A DNA stretch of 64,000 bases from Blasia pusilla (lineage: Eukaryota), in assembly GCA_050084515.1 (NCBI GenBank), contig CM114271.1, forward strand, positions 5,890,001-5,954,000. The letters are read 5' to 3'. Under the pieces are notes generated by a model. That model was not told where the DNA came from. It saw only the letters and a program-made list of their open reading frames with translations, and did not search any database. The translations under genes and the position numbers were made by a program. Of this stretch, positions 13,485-26,250 are shown piece after piece; the stretch's first letter is position 1; every line of letters begins with the position of its first letter.

Positions 13485-14264
13485 CCTCTCGTTCTCTCCT
13501 TATGCCTCACACGCACACCGTCTTCTTCCACATCTCATGTCTCCAGCCTGAAGCCTCACCAAAATCTACTCCTCTCTCCTCCACCCGCTCCCTTCCAACA
13601 TCATAACCCCATCTCCAGCACGACCCCGACACCTACAACCCTCGCTGAACCTCCTATCGCCCCCATTTCTCTTGAGCATCGGTGTCCCAAAAACTCCTCT
13701 CGCTCCCCTCTTCCTTCCACAACGAGATCCAGTCGCAGCCGCGTGTCCACAAACACCATTCAAAATTAAGCGCCACAATTACGTATTGCCCCGACCATTC
13801 ATCCGACCTAATGACCTGAACCCTCTCTACGTGGGCCCTTGCTCTCCTCGAGAGCAAGTCCGTCCCCCCCTACGTCCTTGTTCCGACCCGTTCAATTCTT
13901 CATGTCCGCTCACAGCTCCAAATCACCGAACATACGATCTCTCCGACGTCAGCTACAGAAGGCGCTGATATGAGCACAATCCCATGCAGTAATCGTCCAT
14001 TGCTGACAGAATCGACGAGGCCTTGATCCCTGTACACAAAAGAGGCGTGTCATAGGATAGATTTCTCCGGAATCTTACTTGGAGCCCGGATACAGCAACA
14101 GGGCGTGTCATTCCATAGATTTCCTCTGGATTGATACGAATTATTCACTCCCTCAACTCAAGAGATGCGGTGGTAAATGTCACTTCCAAGTAGGTAGAGA
14201 GGTGTGGGAGCTAAGCTCTGATAATTATTGGTGGTAATTATGTTTTTCTTAAAATTGTCCATGA

Positions 14265-14724
14265 TCTATATTATAATTTGCGGAGTGGTTTTGACATGGC
14301 GATGCTTCCGGAGCTTGGCACGTGTCATCATAAACCCGGCGCTTATATACTCTAAACCGGCGGGTATACATTTCGGGACGGGGGTGTATATGCATTGGAC
14401 TGTGCAAATCACGGTACCTCACGAGCACTAACTAGTATTGTTTATGTTATTGAGGGTTGTGAGGTTAGCTTTTAGGAGTTCTCGTCGGGTGTTCATGGAC
14501 TCCTCGGAATCCCCCTTCTTATGCTTAAGATGGGTTCCCCCATTTATTTTATTCGTGTATAATATTATTAGGTCTCGGTAATGAACATCTCTCCACTCAA
14601 CGCCTGTCCTTTGGGGTTGTATTTGGTCTTGACACTTGTCCACTTTTATAGGTTAGTTTCATCTAACTAAACTAGATGAGAAGGAAGGTTTCTTTCACCC
14701 ATGCGGGGCACGGGCATCGACTAG
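14265..14724 (+). mobile_element. Non-autonomous Helitron with two 3'-end signals
   Basis: 5' A|TCTATATTATAA at 14265. A degenerate 3' end CTAG|T lies at 14435. A clearer 3' end has the hairpin CCCATGC-GGG-GCACGGG (14698-14714) followed by CTAG|T at 14724. Confidence 0.55.
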
Positions 14725-15705
14725 TAATCTATAACTCATGTGTGAAACCCACATAAGAACTCCTTGACTTGGCTGGACTTCTGTATGGCCCATGTATGAT
14801 ATAATCTAATCTCAATTGTCATCTTGAAGGATTCTAGCGCATTTGGTAGGGCCTACCAAAGCTTTTGAATATATGACATGTGTCTTGTTTTCATGGGATG
14901 GACCTGCAGGTCAGGTCAAAATACTCCCTATGTGTTTTTGTTTATGGATTCCTTACTAGCTCTAGATTTTTTCCTATGGATAAACCTCCCACTACTCTAT
15001 GGGCTCATTTCCTCACAATCTTCTTTGAATCCCTTTTAGATGAGGCTAGGGAAGTTGTACTCACATCTTGGAATATTTGTCCGCGCTTTTTTTTTGCCAT
15101 GGAAACGTATGAGCTTACCATAGGTTTTGTGAATGAATATTTGAACAATGGTTGGTTTGGCCTCTTCCTATGTTGTGGATGCCATGATGCTTCCATTCCA
15201 AAAGGGCTCGTTGGTATTCATGGGTGTTGAATTTGTTGTCTTTCCCCGTGAACATCTCCAACTAGAATATGCATGATGCATTGGCGGAAGCTATTTTCCT
15301 TTTCTCTACGAATCACATTAGTCAAACCATGAATGTTGAGTGGTTTTAGGCACAAGCACATACCACTTGTCATTAGTCGCCATCAAATGGTTCATGTATT
15401 TATCAAAGATGTAAACTAACTGTCAAGAATGGCCTCTCCATGCTCCCAACATTTAGGTGACATTGTCAGATGTTTATTATGAATAGCCATATTATTCATA
15501 ATTGACATAACCATATAATCAAAAGGAGCATCCGCTATCAACTTTCCATTTGTTGACATCTTCTCACAATTATAAGTCTTGTCATTACTCAATATTTTAA
15601 GAACTCCTTTCCCTCACATTTTCCCACAATATGTACAGATCCGTTGTATATACCATTTCTTGCTTTGTGCACAACGCGAGGCACTAGAATTTAGTGAGCT
15701 CCAAC

Positions 15706-16735
15706 AGTCGTGCGTTTACTCTCCTTGAACGTTAATCTTTGTTGTTGCGGAAGCGTGCGTTTAGTAGGACACGCTCTCAACACTGATCTACATCCAAACA
15801 CGCACTCACGTTAGTCGGGTTTGGATCAATCAACGATTCTAACTTTCCGAGTTCTCGACTCAGCCTCTTATCAAGCTCAACCTTCCTAGTTTCGCGGTTT
15901 ACAACACATGCAAGTCTTTGAAGACTTGGGACAGACTTTCTAGTCGGTTGAGGAACCTCAAACGACGTTTGAATGCCTGGTGGTTCCAACTGTCCAATAG
16001 ACATCCAATGAGTCCCTAGACGTGAGTCAAAAAAATGAATCACGGGTTGGAATCCAAGTGTGGCTTAGAAAGTACACTCCCTTGGATCAAGTTTGGATTT
16101 CGAGTTCCAACGCCAAACTCACGTTCCATCTCGTACCCTTGAGATGCCGATTGGCGCTCAAAGTGGGGTTGGTGTTCCAAAAATCTCGGGAGAGACTCCT
16201 CCTTACTAGTACTTTTGGGGATCTCGCCCTCCCCCCAACTTTAGGGAAAGACAATCGGGCCCCTCAGATTGGCCCTCAACCCGATTGCTCTCATTGTTGT
16301 TTTCGCCCAATATCTCAACTTGTACTCATGCGTTTTTTGAGATCTTTGGTGTGTTGGAAGCGTCTTGAGATACAATTTCCAATGCCTTCTTACTTGTCCC
16401 AAACTCATTTTGGGACTAAATGTTATGGTCTGAAACACAGTAAAAATCCCCAAACGCTAGTCGTGTTGCAAAACTGGTTCTTACCTCTTTGGCAACCAAC
16501 CTTCCTAGACTCAACTCATCTCAAGTCTTGGTTCACATTTGGTCCAGGTTTTTCTGGTTGCGACCACAAATGCATCAAATGCGACCATTTGTTTCGCGTT
16601 TCGTCTCTTGGACTTTTCTAGGAGATCTCTCCAAAAGCCTCTCTAAAGCGCAATCATTGTAGCGTGAGTCCACTAGAATTTTGATGTGCTGTTTGGCGCC
16701 TATTTGGTGTTTTTTTGGTTATGAGGGTCGAGACA
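15706..16735. mobile_element. Solo LTR, family 1 (about 1030 bp)
   Basis: Homologous end-to-end to 59626-60645. Termini are aGTCG...AGACA, with a perfect TSD CCAAC (15701-15705 and 16736-16740). Confidence 0.9.
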
Positions 16736-17619
16736 CCAACAATTTTGTACAAACTCAAATTCGTTAAAAAAAATTAAAACTTGCTTCAAATCTATCCCCC
16801 AAACCTACTTCCATACTACAAAACATATCCCTACTATAGTTAAAATCGTAGCCCACCCGAAAGCACTTTAGTCCTACAACAAGAAAATGATTTAACTCCT
16901 TACTTCATGGTCGTTGACTAGCCTCTATTGTGTTGACGTAATATCTGCCATTGTGGCTATTTCTCTACCATGCTTTAGGGTCCTACGCATCTACAATATA
17001 AGAGGCAAATCTAAGTAGGACATTTCACCTAATAGTCATAGTCCAAGCTAGTCCTTACCTTCTTTCAAATTGAAGCCATTCTTAGATATGGATGCATTCC
17101 ACCACTTGAATGCACTCTTGCACTCTATTGCTAATTCAATTGTTCCATAAGTTCCACACTATTCTTCTTCTCACTAACCACTGAGTAAATCTTAGTCATC
17201 CACAAGGAAATGATGTCTACTTAGGTCGAGATAATCATCGACTAAAGATGACACCATAGCACCTCTAAATAGCTTATTGCCATCCACTTTCAGCATAAGA
17301 GACGAACAATAATAGATTGTACATATCTGGTGCTAGAAAAAATGCTTAGAAGAGCATGACTCTTATGGATGATCTAATATGCAACAAACATATCGAGAAT
17401 GTCATAGTAATACTCCTCTATCAAACATGCTTGCTATGGACAATAAGATTTACAAGAATATTTCATGGAATTGGTTTGATGTCTTCCAAGGCATGGCCAA
17501 GCGATCCACATAGCACAGATATTTCAGAGAGGATCGCTCTATGTATGAAAGTTTCCTTGGGATTACTAGAAGGTTTGAGGACATTTCACACCAACTCAAA
17601 TGAATTAAAGACCCACAAT

Positions 17620-18609
17620 TTTCGTGCGCCTACTTCTCTTGAACATCAATCTCACACGTTGTAGAAGCATACGTACGCGTTAAGTAGGGTTAACGTAAAC
17701 GCTCACACTACCAATCTGCCCCCAAACACACTCATGTTAGTCTTTTATGATTCAACCAGCCTTCCAACTCCCTGAGTTCTCAACTTAGGCCATTCATCAA
17801 GCTCAAGAGGTCCTAACTCCTGACTTCCACAACAAGGGCAAGTCTTCCTATATTTGGGATTGAACGACGCTTGCATACCTAACGGTCCCGACTATCCAAT
17901 GGGCCTCGCGCAAGTTCCTAACCAAGACCCCAAGAAATGAGTCAAAGGTTGGAATCCAATGATGACCTCTGAAATTCACTCCTTTGGATTTGGCTTGGGG
18001 TTCATATCCCAATGCCAACGTCCTTATCCATGCCCTTGGTTAGCCCCAATGACTCACCAAAGCGGAGTTCAAGTCCTAAGCACCCTGGGAGACTCTCCCC
18101 CTTATATATACTTCTAGGGTTCTTCGAACTCCCCCTAACTTTGGGAAAATACCCTCGGGCAGCTCATTTTGGCCCTCAACCCAGTTTTTCTTCAGTTAGT
18201 TTTATTACAATTTCTCATTGCTAATCCGTTTTTCTAGATCTTTGATGCGTTGGAATTGAATTTGCATAAGCTTTCTAATGCCACCTTACTTGTCCCAAAT
18301 ACATCTCAGGTCTAGCCGTTATGACCTAAAATATAGTGAAACCCAAAACGATCGTCAAGTTCAAATTTTGGTTCTCATCCTCTTTGGCAATCCAATTTTC
18401 TTAGACTCGACTCCTCTCAAGTCTTGGTTTGCGGTTGGTCCATCTTTCCCAAGTCGCGATATTTAACACATGAAACGCTCAACCTTTCTCGCGCCTCACA
18501 TCTCATATCTCCTTCAAGAGACTTCTTTGATATACATCCATCATAGTGTGAGTCTACTAGAGTCATAATATTTTGCATTGACATGCGTTTGTTTATGAGG
18601 GTCACGACA
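17620..18609. mobile_element. Solo LTR, family 1 (more diverged)
   Basis: Same orientation as 15706-16735 and ends ATGAGGGTCACGACA. Near-TSD ACAAT/AAAAT. Confidence 0.85.
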
Positions 18610-19315
18610 AAAATAGTTATAAAAACGTACCATGAATGGTTGTAGCATTCGTTTTAGTACAAGATTGAGCGCTACCAATAGTTTTTCTAGCACTACACAT
18701 AGTATGAAAATATTAAGTGTTACTATAGTATAACCACATGTAGTGGTATGAATGCCACTATACTAAATTGCAGTGTATTATTGTTAGTAAAAAAAAACAC
18801 AAATACGCTACCATGATGGATAACATACATGATACGTGTACCCAAATAATGGAATAAACCATATCTTCAAATGCAATAAATTTTTTTGCAATGGGTCCAC
18901 GTATCATCATCGTACGAGCTTTTAATGTTTGGAATGACTATATTCAATCAAATATAGGATGACGTGGAGATGAGCCATGTCATACTTATGAGAATGCCAT
19001 GTCACATATAATAAGGGTGATAAGGCCCTTTACATGTCCTATAAGACTACACCAAACCATTCTAATCAATCATCATGAAGCCACCGTGGAGTCCTTGCAA
19101 CTGGAGTTCTAGATGACTCGTCCTTTGCAACTAGGTACTAAACTAGTTGCAACAGTTGCTACTGCAATTCTTTATTGTAGGCAACATATTCCCATAACTT
19201 TGCAACGTGTCCAAGCGAAACGTGCCATAAAGAGGGGCCAAGTTATGGAAGATGTTGGTGTTAGACACCTTCTTAGTTGTAGTCATGTTTCTATAGGCGT
19301 AGTTGATATTCTCTC

Positions 19316-20341
19316 TGTCGTGACCCTCATAGCCAAACATGTGCCAAGGCGTAACATTGGAATTCTAGTGGGCTCACACTAGGATGGTTGTGCATTGGAG
19401 AGATCTCTTGAAGGAAACACTAGATATGAGACGCGAGCAAGGTTGAGCGTTTCATGAGTTTATGGTCGCGATTAAGAAAACCTCAACTAAACATGAACCA
19501 AGACTTGAGATGAGTTGAATCTAGAAAAGGTGGCTAGCAAAGAGGTTGGGAAACGGATTTGGAACGTGACTAGCGTATGGAGATTTACTATATTTTGGAT
19601 CATAACTTTCAGACTTGAGATGCGTTTGGGACAAGTAAGATGGTTTTAGAAAGCTTAGGTGAAGTTAGATCCAGCACACAAAAGATCTAGAAAAACGCAC
19701 AAGCAGAAGTTGAGAAACTACCTAGAAATAATTGAATAAGAAGTTGGGTTGAGGGCCAAAAGAAGTGGCTTGGGAGTCCTTCTTCCAAAGATAGGAGAAG
19801 GGCGGAGAACCCCAAAACTACTAATAATGCAAACCCTCCCCCTATATACTAAGATAGGGGGAGGGTTTGCAAGGGTGCTTAGGACCTGAACTCTACTTTG
19901 GAGATCCACGGGGTGAACCAAGGGCACAAAATGGATCGGGAGGTTGGCGTCGGGATGCGAAACTCTTGCCAAGTCCAAGAGAGTGGATTTCATAGGTCAC
20001 CCTTGGATTTCAATTCGCGATCTATTTGTTGGGTCTCGATTAGGGACTCAAACGATATCCATTTGACAATTGGAATCACTAGGCGTATGAACGCCATTTT
20101 AGGTGTGTGGACTAATAAGAAAGTATGTTATAAGTCTAGAAAGACTTGCCCGTGTTGGGAAGTGAGGAACTAGGAGGGTTAAGCTTGATGAAAGGTCAAA
20201 TTAAGAGTCCGGGGAGTTGGAAGGTTGATTGACCCAAACCAGACTAACGTGGGTGTATTTAGGTAGAGACCAACAGTGTAAGCGTGTCCTAAACGTATGC
20301 GTCCGCAAAACTTGACTTTCAAGAGGAGTAGACACACAACA
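19316..20341. mobile_element. Solo LTR, family 1, inverted relative to the other copies
   Basis: Begins TGTCGTGACCCTCAT, the reverse complement of the family end, and ends CAACA. Near-TSD CTCTC/ATCTC. Confidence 0.85.
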
Positions 20342-20677
20342 ATCTCTTTTCTTAAAGAGTTTAGTGAGAAAGGGGTCACTTTTTTATTTTTATTGGCCAT
20401 ATGAGACCTCACCTACCTATTAGAAAATTTGAATCGCCCCTTTCTCCACTTTCAACTCGTTCTATAAACCTTTTACGAATGATTTCTTTCCTCTTAAGCA
20501 ATTGTCTCCATAGATCATTCGAGACCTCTACACACCGTTGATAGTGCACATTGAATGCTCAGCGATTCCATGCCAATTTATGGAAACTTTATCGTCTCTC
20601 CGTCACTCGTCCACATCTTCCACTTCTCATTAGCTTCGTGAAGAGGCGCGGGGAGTAGATGTTAATTTAGGACATGG

Positions 20678-20850
20678 CTCATGAGTCCCTAACCGAGACC
20701 CAACAAATGGATTACGGCTTGGAGTCCAAGAGTGACCTCCGAAATCCACTCTCTTGGACTTGACTAGGGCTTTGAATCCCAATGCCAACACCCCAACGCC
20801 ATGTCCTCTTCTCATTAGTTTCCTATGCAGGAGGCGGTGCGAGCCCAAGT
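20678..20850. mobile_element. Internal fragment of a family 1 LTR
   Basis: gagtccctaaccgagacc..ggagtccaagagtgacctccgaaatccactc..cccaatgccaac aligns with about 17910-18080 and 59930-60090. Confidence 0.7.
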
Positions 20851-20859
20851 GGTGGGACA

Positions 20860-21217
20860 AGGGAGATTGCTACAAGGAGCGGCGGTAAAGAAGACCCATA
20901 TTTATAGTTGATTTCATGATGGAGATTGATTTGTCCCCCTAGCCATTGAGATGTACGGGGCTATGGGGGAGAGGTTTGACTCATTCCTTACGGATTGTGT
21001 CCATCATCTCCAATCGAGAAATGGGTTTTCCTCAGTTGATGCGATTCTTTTTTGGAGGCGACGGATCTCCATAGCTTTGCAACGTGCCAAGGCAAATGGG
21101 CTTTTGCCGCGGGCTCAGGCAATTGGAGATGCCAATGCTAGAGACCCGCTTAGTAATAACCATAATTCTCTAGGTGTTGCTGATATTATCTTTCTTGTTG
21201 GTGAATTTGAAGGATAA
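20860..21217 (+). mobile_element. Decayed 3' fragment of a restriction-like-endonuclease (CRE/R2-type) non-LTR retrotransposon
   Basis: Translation AAVKKTHIYS*FHDGD*FVPLAIEMYGAMGERF...WRRRISIALQRAKA fits the K..Y..F.P...E..G and ISIALQRGNA-type C-terminal RLE motifs of CRE-like elements. It contains in-frame stops. Confidence 0.7.
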
Positions 21218-22512
21218 GGGGAGAAGGCCCCTTCTTTCTTTTCATGGCTGGTTTTAGCTCGCGAGTTTTTGGCTCTCTATGCCCCCTCCTTTTCCATCCA
21301 GCGTTTTTATCGAAGTTTATGATTTTTGAGAACCTTGTCTCTTCGACATCCACGCCTAATTTCCAGCTTTCCATCATCCCGCACCGCCTTCTGCAACCCT
21401 TCCAACGAAGCTTGCAGGTTCTCTTCCAGCAGCCATCAAGCGCTTTTATTGAAGTTCATTATCCTTCCAGCAGCATCGCGGCAGAAACGTCGCTTCCCAT
21501 TAATGCTGCAGGCGACTTCGGGGTCCTCACCGTCTTGTCCCACATGGACAGTCCTCGTCTCCCGGCATGTCCTACATTAACATCTACTCCCCGCGCCTTC
21601 GCTCGATCCCTCACTGCAACCACACATTTACCGCGAAAAACCTAAAACCTCGCCAAAGCCCCCCGTGTCGCAATTCCCCTCTACTGACAGCGTCACAACA
21701 ACTTCTATCGCTCAGGAATCGCTGTAGCATGTAAAAAAATAGATCGCTGCAACATAGCGAACAAGCTGTTTTCAAAATTGCGCGCAGGGGAGAGCGATTC
21801 TCAAGATTCGGTTGAGGACCAAATTAGCCGCAGTAACATATCCAGCATGCGGTTTTAAAAATTGCGGGTCTGTATCAATCCATTCAGCCGATCGAGCTAG
21901 CGAGCGAGGGAACGAGAGCGCGTCTGACTCCGCACGAGCGCTTTTCTCAAGAATATACTCGTCGGATGTACACCTTTCGTCCCGTTCGCAATGTCCGTGC
22001 CTCCTCCTCGCTGGCCCGTAAGGCATTCAACCTTTCCCGCGTCCGGTTCAAAACGCATTTGTTTGTGAACATTGCCGCCACATCGAGTATGTGAGAAGCC
22101 ACAGCTGTCTCCATCGCTGGTCGCTCGCTTTGCACAATCTCATTCGTTCCGAGGAATGCTTCCAACGTGGGCCCACCGAACCTCTCAGGCATCATTTATC
22201 AGGTATTTATTGGTAACACTTCCTAATGTTGTCAACCGCGTCAGGGGCTTACTCAGCGTGTTCCTAACTTCCTATTCTGGCGATTTTCTCATATTTCGGG
22301 GATGTCGATTCGCTTCACTACGCATTGTCTCTGCTTGCTGTCGGCGAGAATTGGGCTTTCGTCGTTCCTTGCGTGCTCCAATATACGAATTCTTAGTATC
22401 GACTCTAATTGACTTCTCTCTTGTGAATTTCAAAGCCAAGCGTTTTCAGCAGAAACTTATAAGCGAGTCTCGATCCCTAGGTAGGATTGGTGTGGTCTCC
22501 TCTGGACTGTGA

Positions 22513-25500
22513 ATGATGGGGATGCTGGAGCTGGACTCTGATACTCAATTAAATGGGCAGGGAACGACGGATGGGGGAGGAAACGATTGTGTTTCTCAGA
22601 CGAAAAGCCCGACGAAGCGGGTGCAGTTGTTGGTGAAGAAGCGTTATCATCTGATCAAGTATAATGATCTCCCCCCACACCTGAAGAGTAACGAGTATAT
22701 TTTGGAATACTATCGCTCCGATTGGCCTCTCAGGGAAACAGTTTTCAGCTTGTTTTCCATTCACAACGAGACTCTCAACATATGGACGTAAGTACATCCC
22801 TCCTGGGTATTTTATATGGCAAGTCATGGGAATCTCCCCTTTCTCTGTAGGGTGTTTTAAGATTTATCGGGAATCAGGTTTAAACGGCGAATAATTTCTT
22901 ACACTATAATGCGGTTTCTAGAGTTGAACATCTGGAACAGTTAACTTCTTTGGAGAACATTATCGTCTTATCCTACCACTTGTCTGGCTTGATCCATCAT
23001 AAATTGGTACGGAAAAAAATTGAATCGCGATCTTGGGTCCCCGTGAAGTAAACGTCAGGTCATCAACTCTCTCGGGAGATCACAGGTTGGAACCAATTGG
23101 TGACAAAGAAAGGGCTATCGTAAGGACATGACAGCAAAGGTAAGAAGATGAAGAGATTCTGAATCTCTAGAAGCTGACTTCCAACTGGTGGCACCTTGCT
23201 GCACAGTGGTTCCGTAATTCCAACTGCTCATCCTGAAGTTCTACGATTTACATTGGCAAAAGTGTGACTTTCAAAAGTTCTCACCTTAGTAGGCTGGTAC
23301 ATGTGGCATGTACCTGTGTGTGTAACATAATCCTAACCGCTGTCAGGATCCAAATGCGGACAAAGTGAAACTAATGCAAGTGTGATGTGCTTTCACTACC
23401 TGGAATCAAGCCACGGATTGGTGAACATGTGGCACATTACAGGTGGACTCAAACTATTCGAAGCCGAAGTAGTACCAGCAACACTCTGTGGCTCTGAAAT
23501 TTGGAACCCACTCCTTGTAAATGGCCAAAGATCTTGGATGGACACAACAAGCCTTCAAGTGACAACCCCTTGGTATCATGAAACTAGCACCTTTAGATCC
23601 GGTGTTGGCAGAGTTCAGGGGGATGCAGATGGAGACTCACGCATTCAAAAGACTACTCGGTTTCTCTAGTATGGCTGATGATCCCAATCGACAATCAAGA
23701 AGAGCGTTTGAATCTACTAAGGACAGTGCTGTTACTTGTGTAAGAAATTGGTCCCATATCTTTAAAGTGGGGCATATCTATTGATTGCCTGCCATAGAGC
23801 ACCTGGAAGCCCTTTTGGAAGACTTACCTCTGCTCTCTCTAATGGCCTTTCTGAAAGAGTGTTCGAACCTTCTAAGGACAACTCTATTTCTGTTGCCAAA
23901 ATGACAGGTGCAACAACTGTGATAGAATGGCTTCACAAAGTGGTATTCCAGTCTGTGACCTTGCAAAAAGTAGTTGTAGAGACCTCCCAAAAGAGCTGCG
24001 CAATGCTCATGTTTCCCCCAGATGTGAGGCTCACCAGAAACGATGTGGGGCTCACCAGAAACGATGTGGGGAAGGGATCTAGGAGAGTACAGGGAAGAGA
24101 GAAAGGATCAGAAGATACCATTCCTGCGTGTATATTGGGAGATCACTAAACAAGATTATTACCTCTTAGCCCACATGTATCTAGCAAGATATGGTGTGGT
24201 CTGGTCACATTCAGATGTGGCTTGTCAGACATAAACTTGAAGAGTTAGTTTTTTTCACTCAATATGAGGGAACAGGATATGTAGAGACATTCAGAGTTCT
24301 GGGAGCTCGATGAATGAGGAGCGTTGTCTTTCAAGTGCAGCTTTCATTAAAGAAAAATAAGGGTGTGGCTGAACTATCCCAGAGTAATGCCTTGACTGAG
24401 TGATTCAAGATCAATTAGGAAATGTTCAAATAGCTAACTTTTGACATCCACATGTGAGTGCTAGAGTACAACACTTGAAACATCTAGCTTGTTTTGACAC
24501 ATCATGCGTTTATTTTACTCATCCATGAGTATTATATCTTGAAGGCCTATTTTCCAGCATGGATTAGTGTTGTAAATAATCAGTTTATGCTTTCTTTCAT
24601 TTTGTAAGGCTACAAAGCAACCCTGTGACACGCACTGAAGATTACACCTGGGGCAGTATAGATTCCACCTCTATTGGGTAAAAAAACTCAATGTTTACAC
24701 TGTGTTTCCTTAAAAAGGATTCTCCTTTGTCAGTCGGTGGGCAATGCAGCAGATGCTTCGCTGCTCTTGAGAGCAGTGGAACTGAACCATAAATCCTCCC
24801 CAGCAACCAGCTAGTGCTCAAAGGTGGGTCTTTTGAGGGACACCATGTAGTCTGCAATATAGTTGGACTTTTATAAGGTTCTAAAACTAGCGTCTCCATT
24901 CCCTACTGCCGTAAAGAGAACTCATTCTATTACTAGAGTGTGTGCCAACTTAGAGTATGTATAGTGGATTTACTTGGAGCTGCAGACTCATGTTCCAATT
25001 TGCTGTATTGCAAAATCTAGGTTCCTTTTCTTGATACAATGACTTTTTGCTGTTATAAGATTTTTGTAAAATTTGAGTAACTAGATGAGGAATGCAGTGA
25101 AGTGCATAATTTCTGAATGGGATTAACAAATCCTTTGTGGTTCTGTTTCTGTTTACAGGCATTTGTTAGGGTTCTTGATCTTTCTGGCTCTGGCAGCCTA
25201 CACTGCCACAATGTTACCCACAGTGGTGGATATGTCGGGCTTGCCCCAGACGTCAAGCTTTCAAACAGTGTCTTCAGTAAGTAACTACCAAAAAGTGACC
25301 ATTTGCAAATTCAGAATGCTTAACCTAAAGAGACCACAGGAACTTTTTGGTCCAAACATGTCACAGAAAACTTCAATGCTCATAATGATTCCAGACCAGA
25401 TTGATCAGATATATCCATGTATGAATGGGTATCGATATCAAGATTCAGTACTTGCAGTCAATGCAACATGTAAGTGGAAGTGTGATTCATTGGCCTGGAG

Positions 25501-26250
25501 ATTGTTGTAGATCAGTGAAGTTTGTCAGCTTTTAACTTTTTCCTGCTTACATTGAATTGTGGACTACTCAAATCTTTGTTGGTTGAATGGTTGTAGCAGA
25601 TAGTGGAGGAGAATCTGGTCATGATGGTACCACAATCTGAAGTTCGTATCACTCGATGGCCTTTCTTTGTCTTTTTAGGTGGCGCAATGTGCTGTCTACT
25701 GCTTAGTAGCACATATCACCTGTTGAACTGCCATTCTCAACGTCTTCACACCATTTTACACCGCTTAGACCATGCGGGAATTGCTGTACTGATTGCTGCT
25801 TCCTTTTACCCTCCAGTCTACTACTCTTTCTTATGTAACCCTGTTTTGAGGAGAGTGTACCTGAGTGGCATCACATTGATAGGTGTGATGACAATTTTGT
25901 TTTCATCACTGCCAGTCTTTCGAACACCAGGATTCCGGAAGTATAGAGCTATGTCGTTCTTTACTATGGGAATTTCTGGTGTGATTCCTGGCGCCCACAG
26001 GATGATCATGTACTGGGATGAACCTGTTGCATTTGCCCCCCTGGTTTACGAAATTGCAATGGGTAGTCTATATGGACTGGGTGCTTTGTTGTATGCCACT
26101 CGGATCCCAGAGCGATGGAAACCTGGTCGGTTTGATATTGTTGGTCACAGTCACCAACTCTTCCATGTTTTGGTTGTCATTGCTGCTCTGGCTCACTACA
26201 AAGCAGGCCTCATAGACCTGCAGTGGCGTGATGCACATGGTTGTCCTTAG
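22513..26250 (+). CDS. Heptahelical transmembrane protein (PAQR / adiponectin-receptor / HlyIII family, plant HHP-like); 3 exons, about 347 aa
   Basis: Exons 22513-22787, 25159-25276 and 25600-26250 join in frame. Motifs: LPPHLKSNEYILEYYR, SLFSIHNETLNIWTHLLG, TRWPFFVFLGG, SSTYHLL, RLDHAGI, IPERWKPGRFDIVGHSHQLFH. Confidence 0.95.
23400..24330 (+). mobile_element. Decayed LINE ORF2 remnant in HHP intron 1
   Basis: GLKLFEAEVVPATLCGSEIW resembles the post-RT motif KLF...V.P.L.YG.EIW of RTE/RTEX/L2-like elements. Multiple stops and frameshifts are present, and the boundaries are approximate. Confidence 0.55.
24021..24071. repeat. 21-bp tandem duplication (about 2.4 copies)
   Basis: gatgtgaggctcaccagaaac gatgtggggctcaccagaaac gatgtgggg. 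Confidence 0.9.

Noticed and set aside
13114..13551. Ser/Pro-rich plus-strand ORF
   Set aside because: It is the antisense shadow of the acidic Glu/Gly-rich first exon of CPL4.
14311..14322. Partial complement to miR536 (AGCTTGGCACG)
   Set aside because: Only about 11 nt match, there is no precursor hairpin, and it lies inside a probable Helitron.
16022..16621. 199-aa ORF and similar ORFs inside the family 1 LTRs
   Set aside because: The reading frame is not conserved among the four LTR copies.
15706..18609. Two direct ~1 kb repeats as the LTR pair of one TRIM/LARD element
   Set aside because: Each repeat has its own flanking TSD, the copies are clearly diverged, and no PBS or PPT is evident between them.
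18691..18745. CACTA element (CACTAC...GTAGTG)
   Set aside because: Only 55 bp long with very short inverted ends and no 3-bp TSD.
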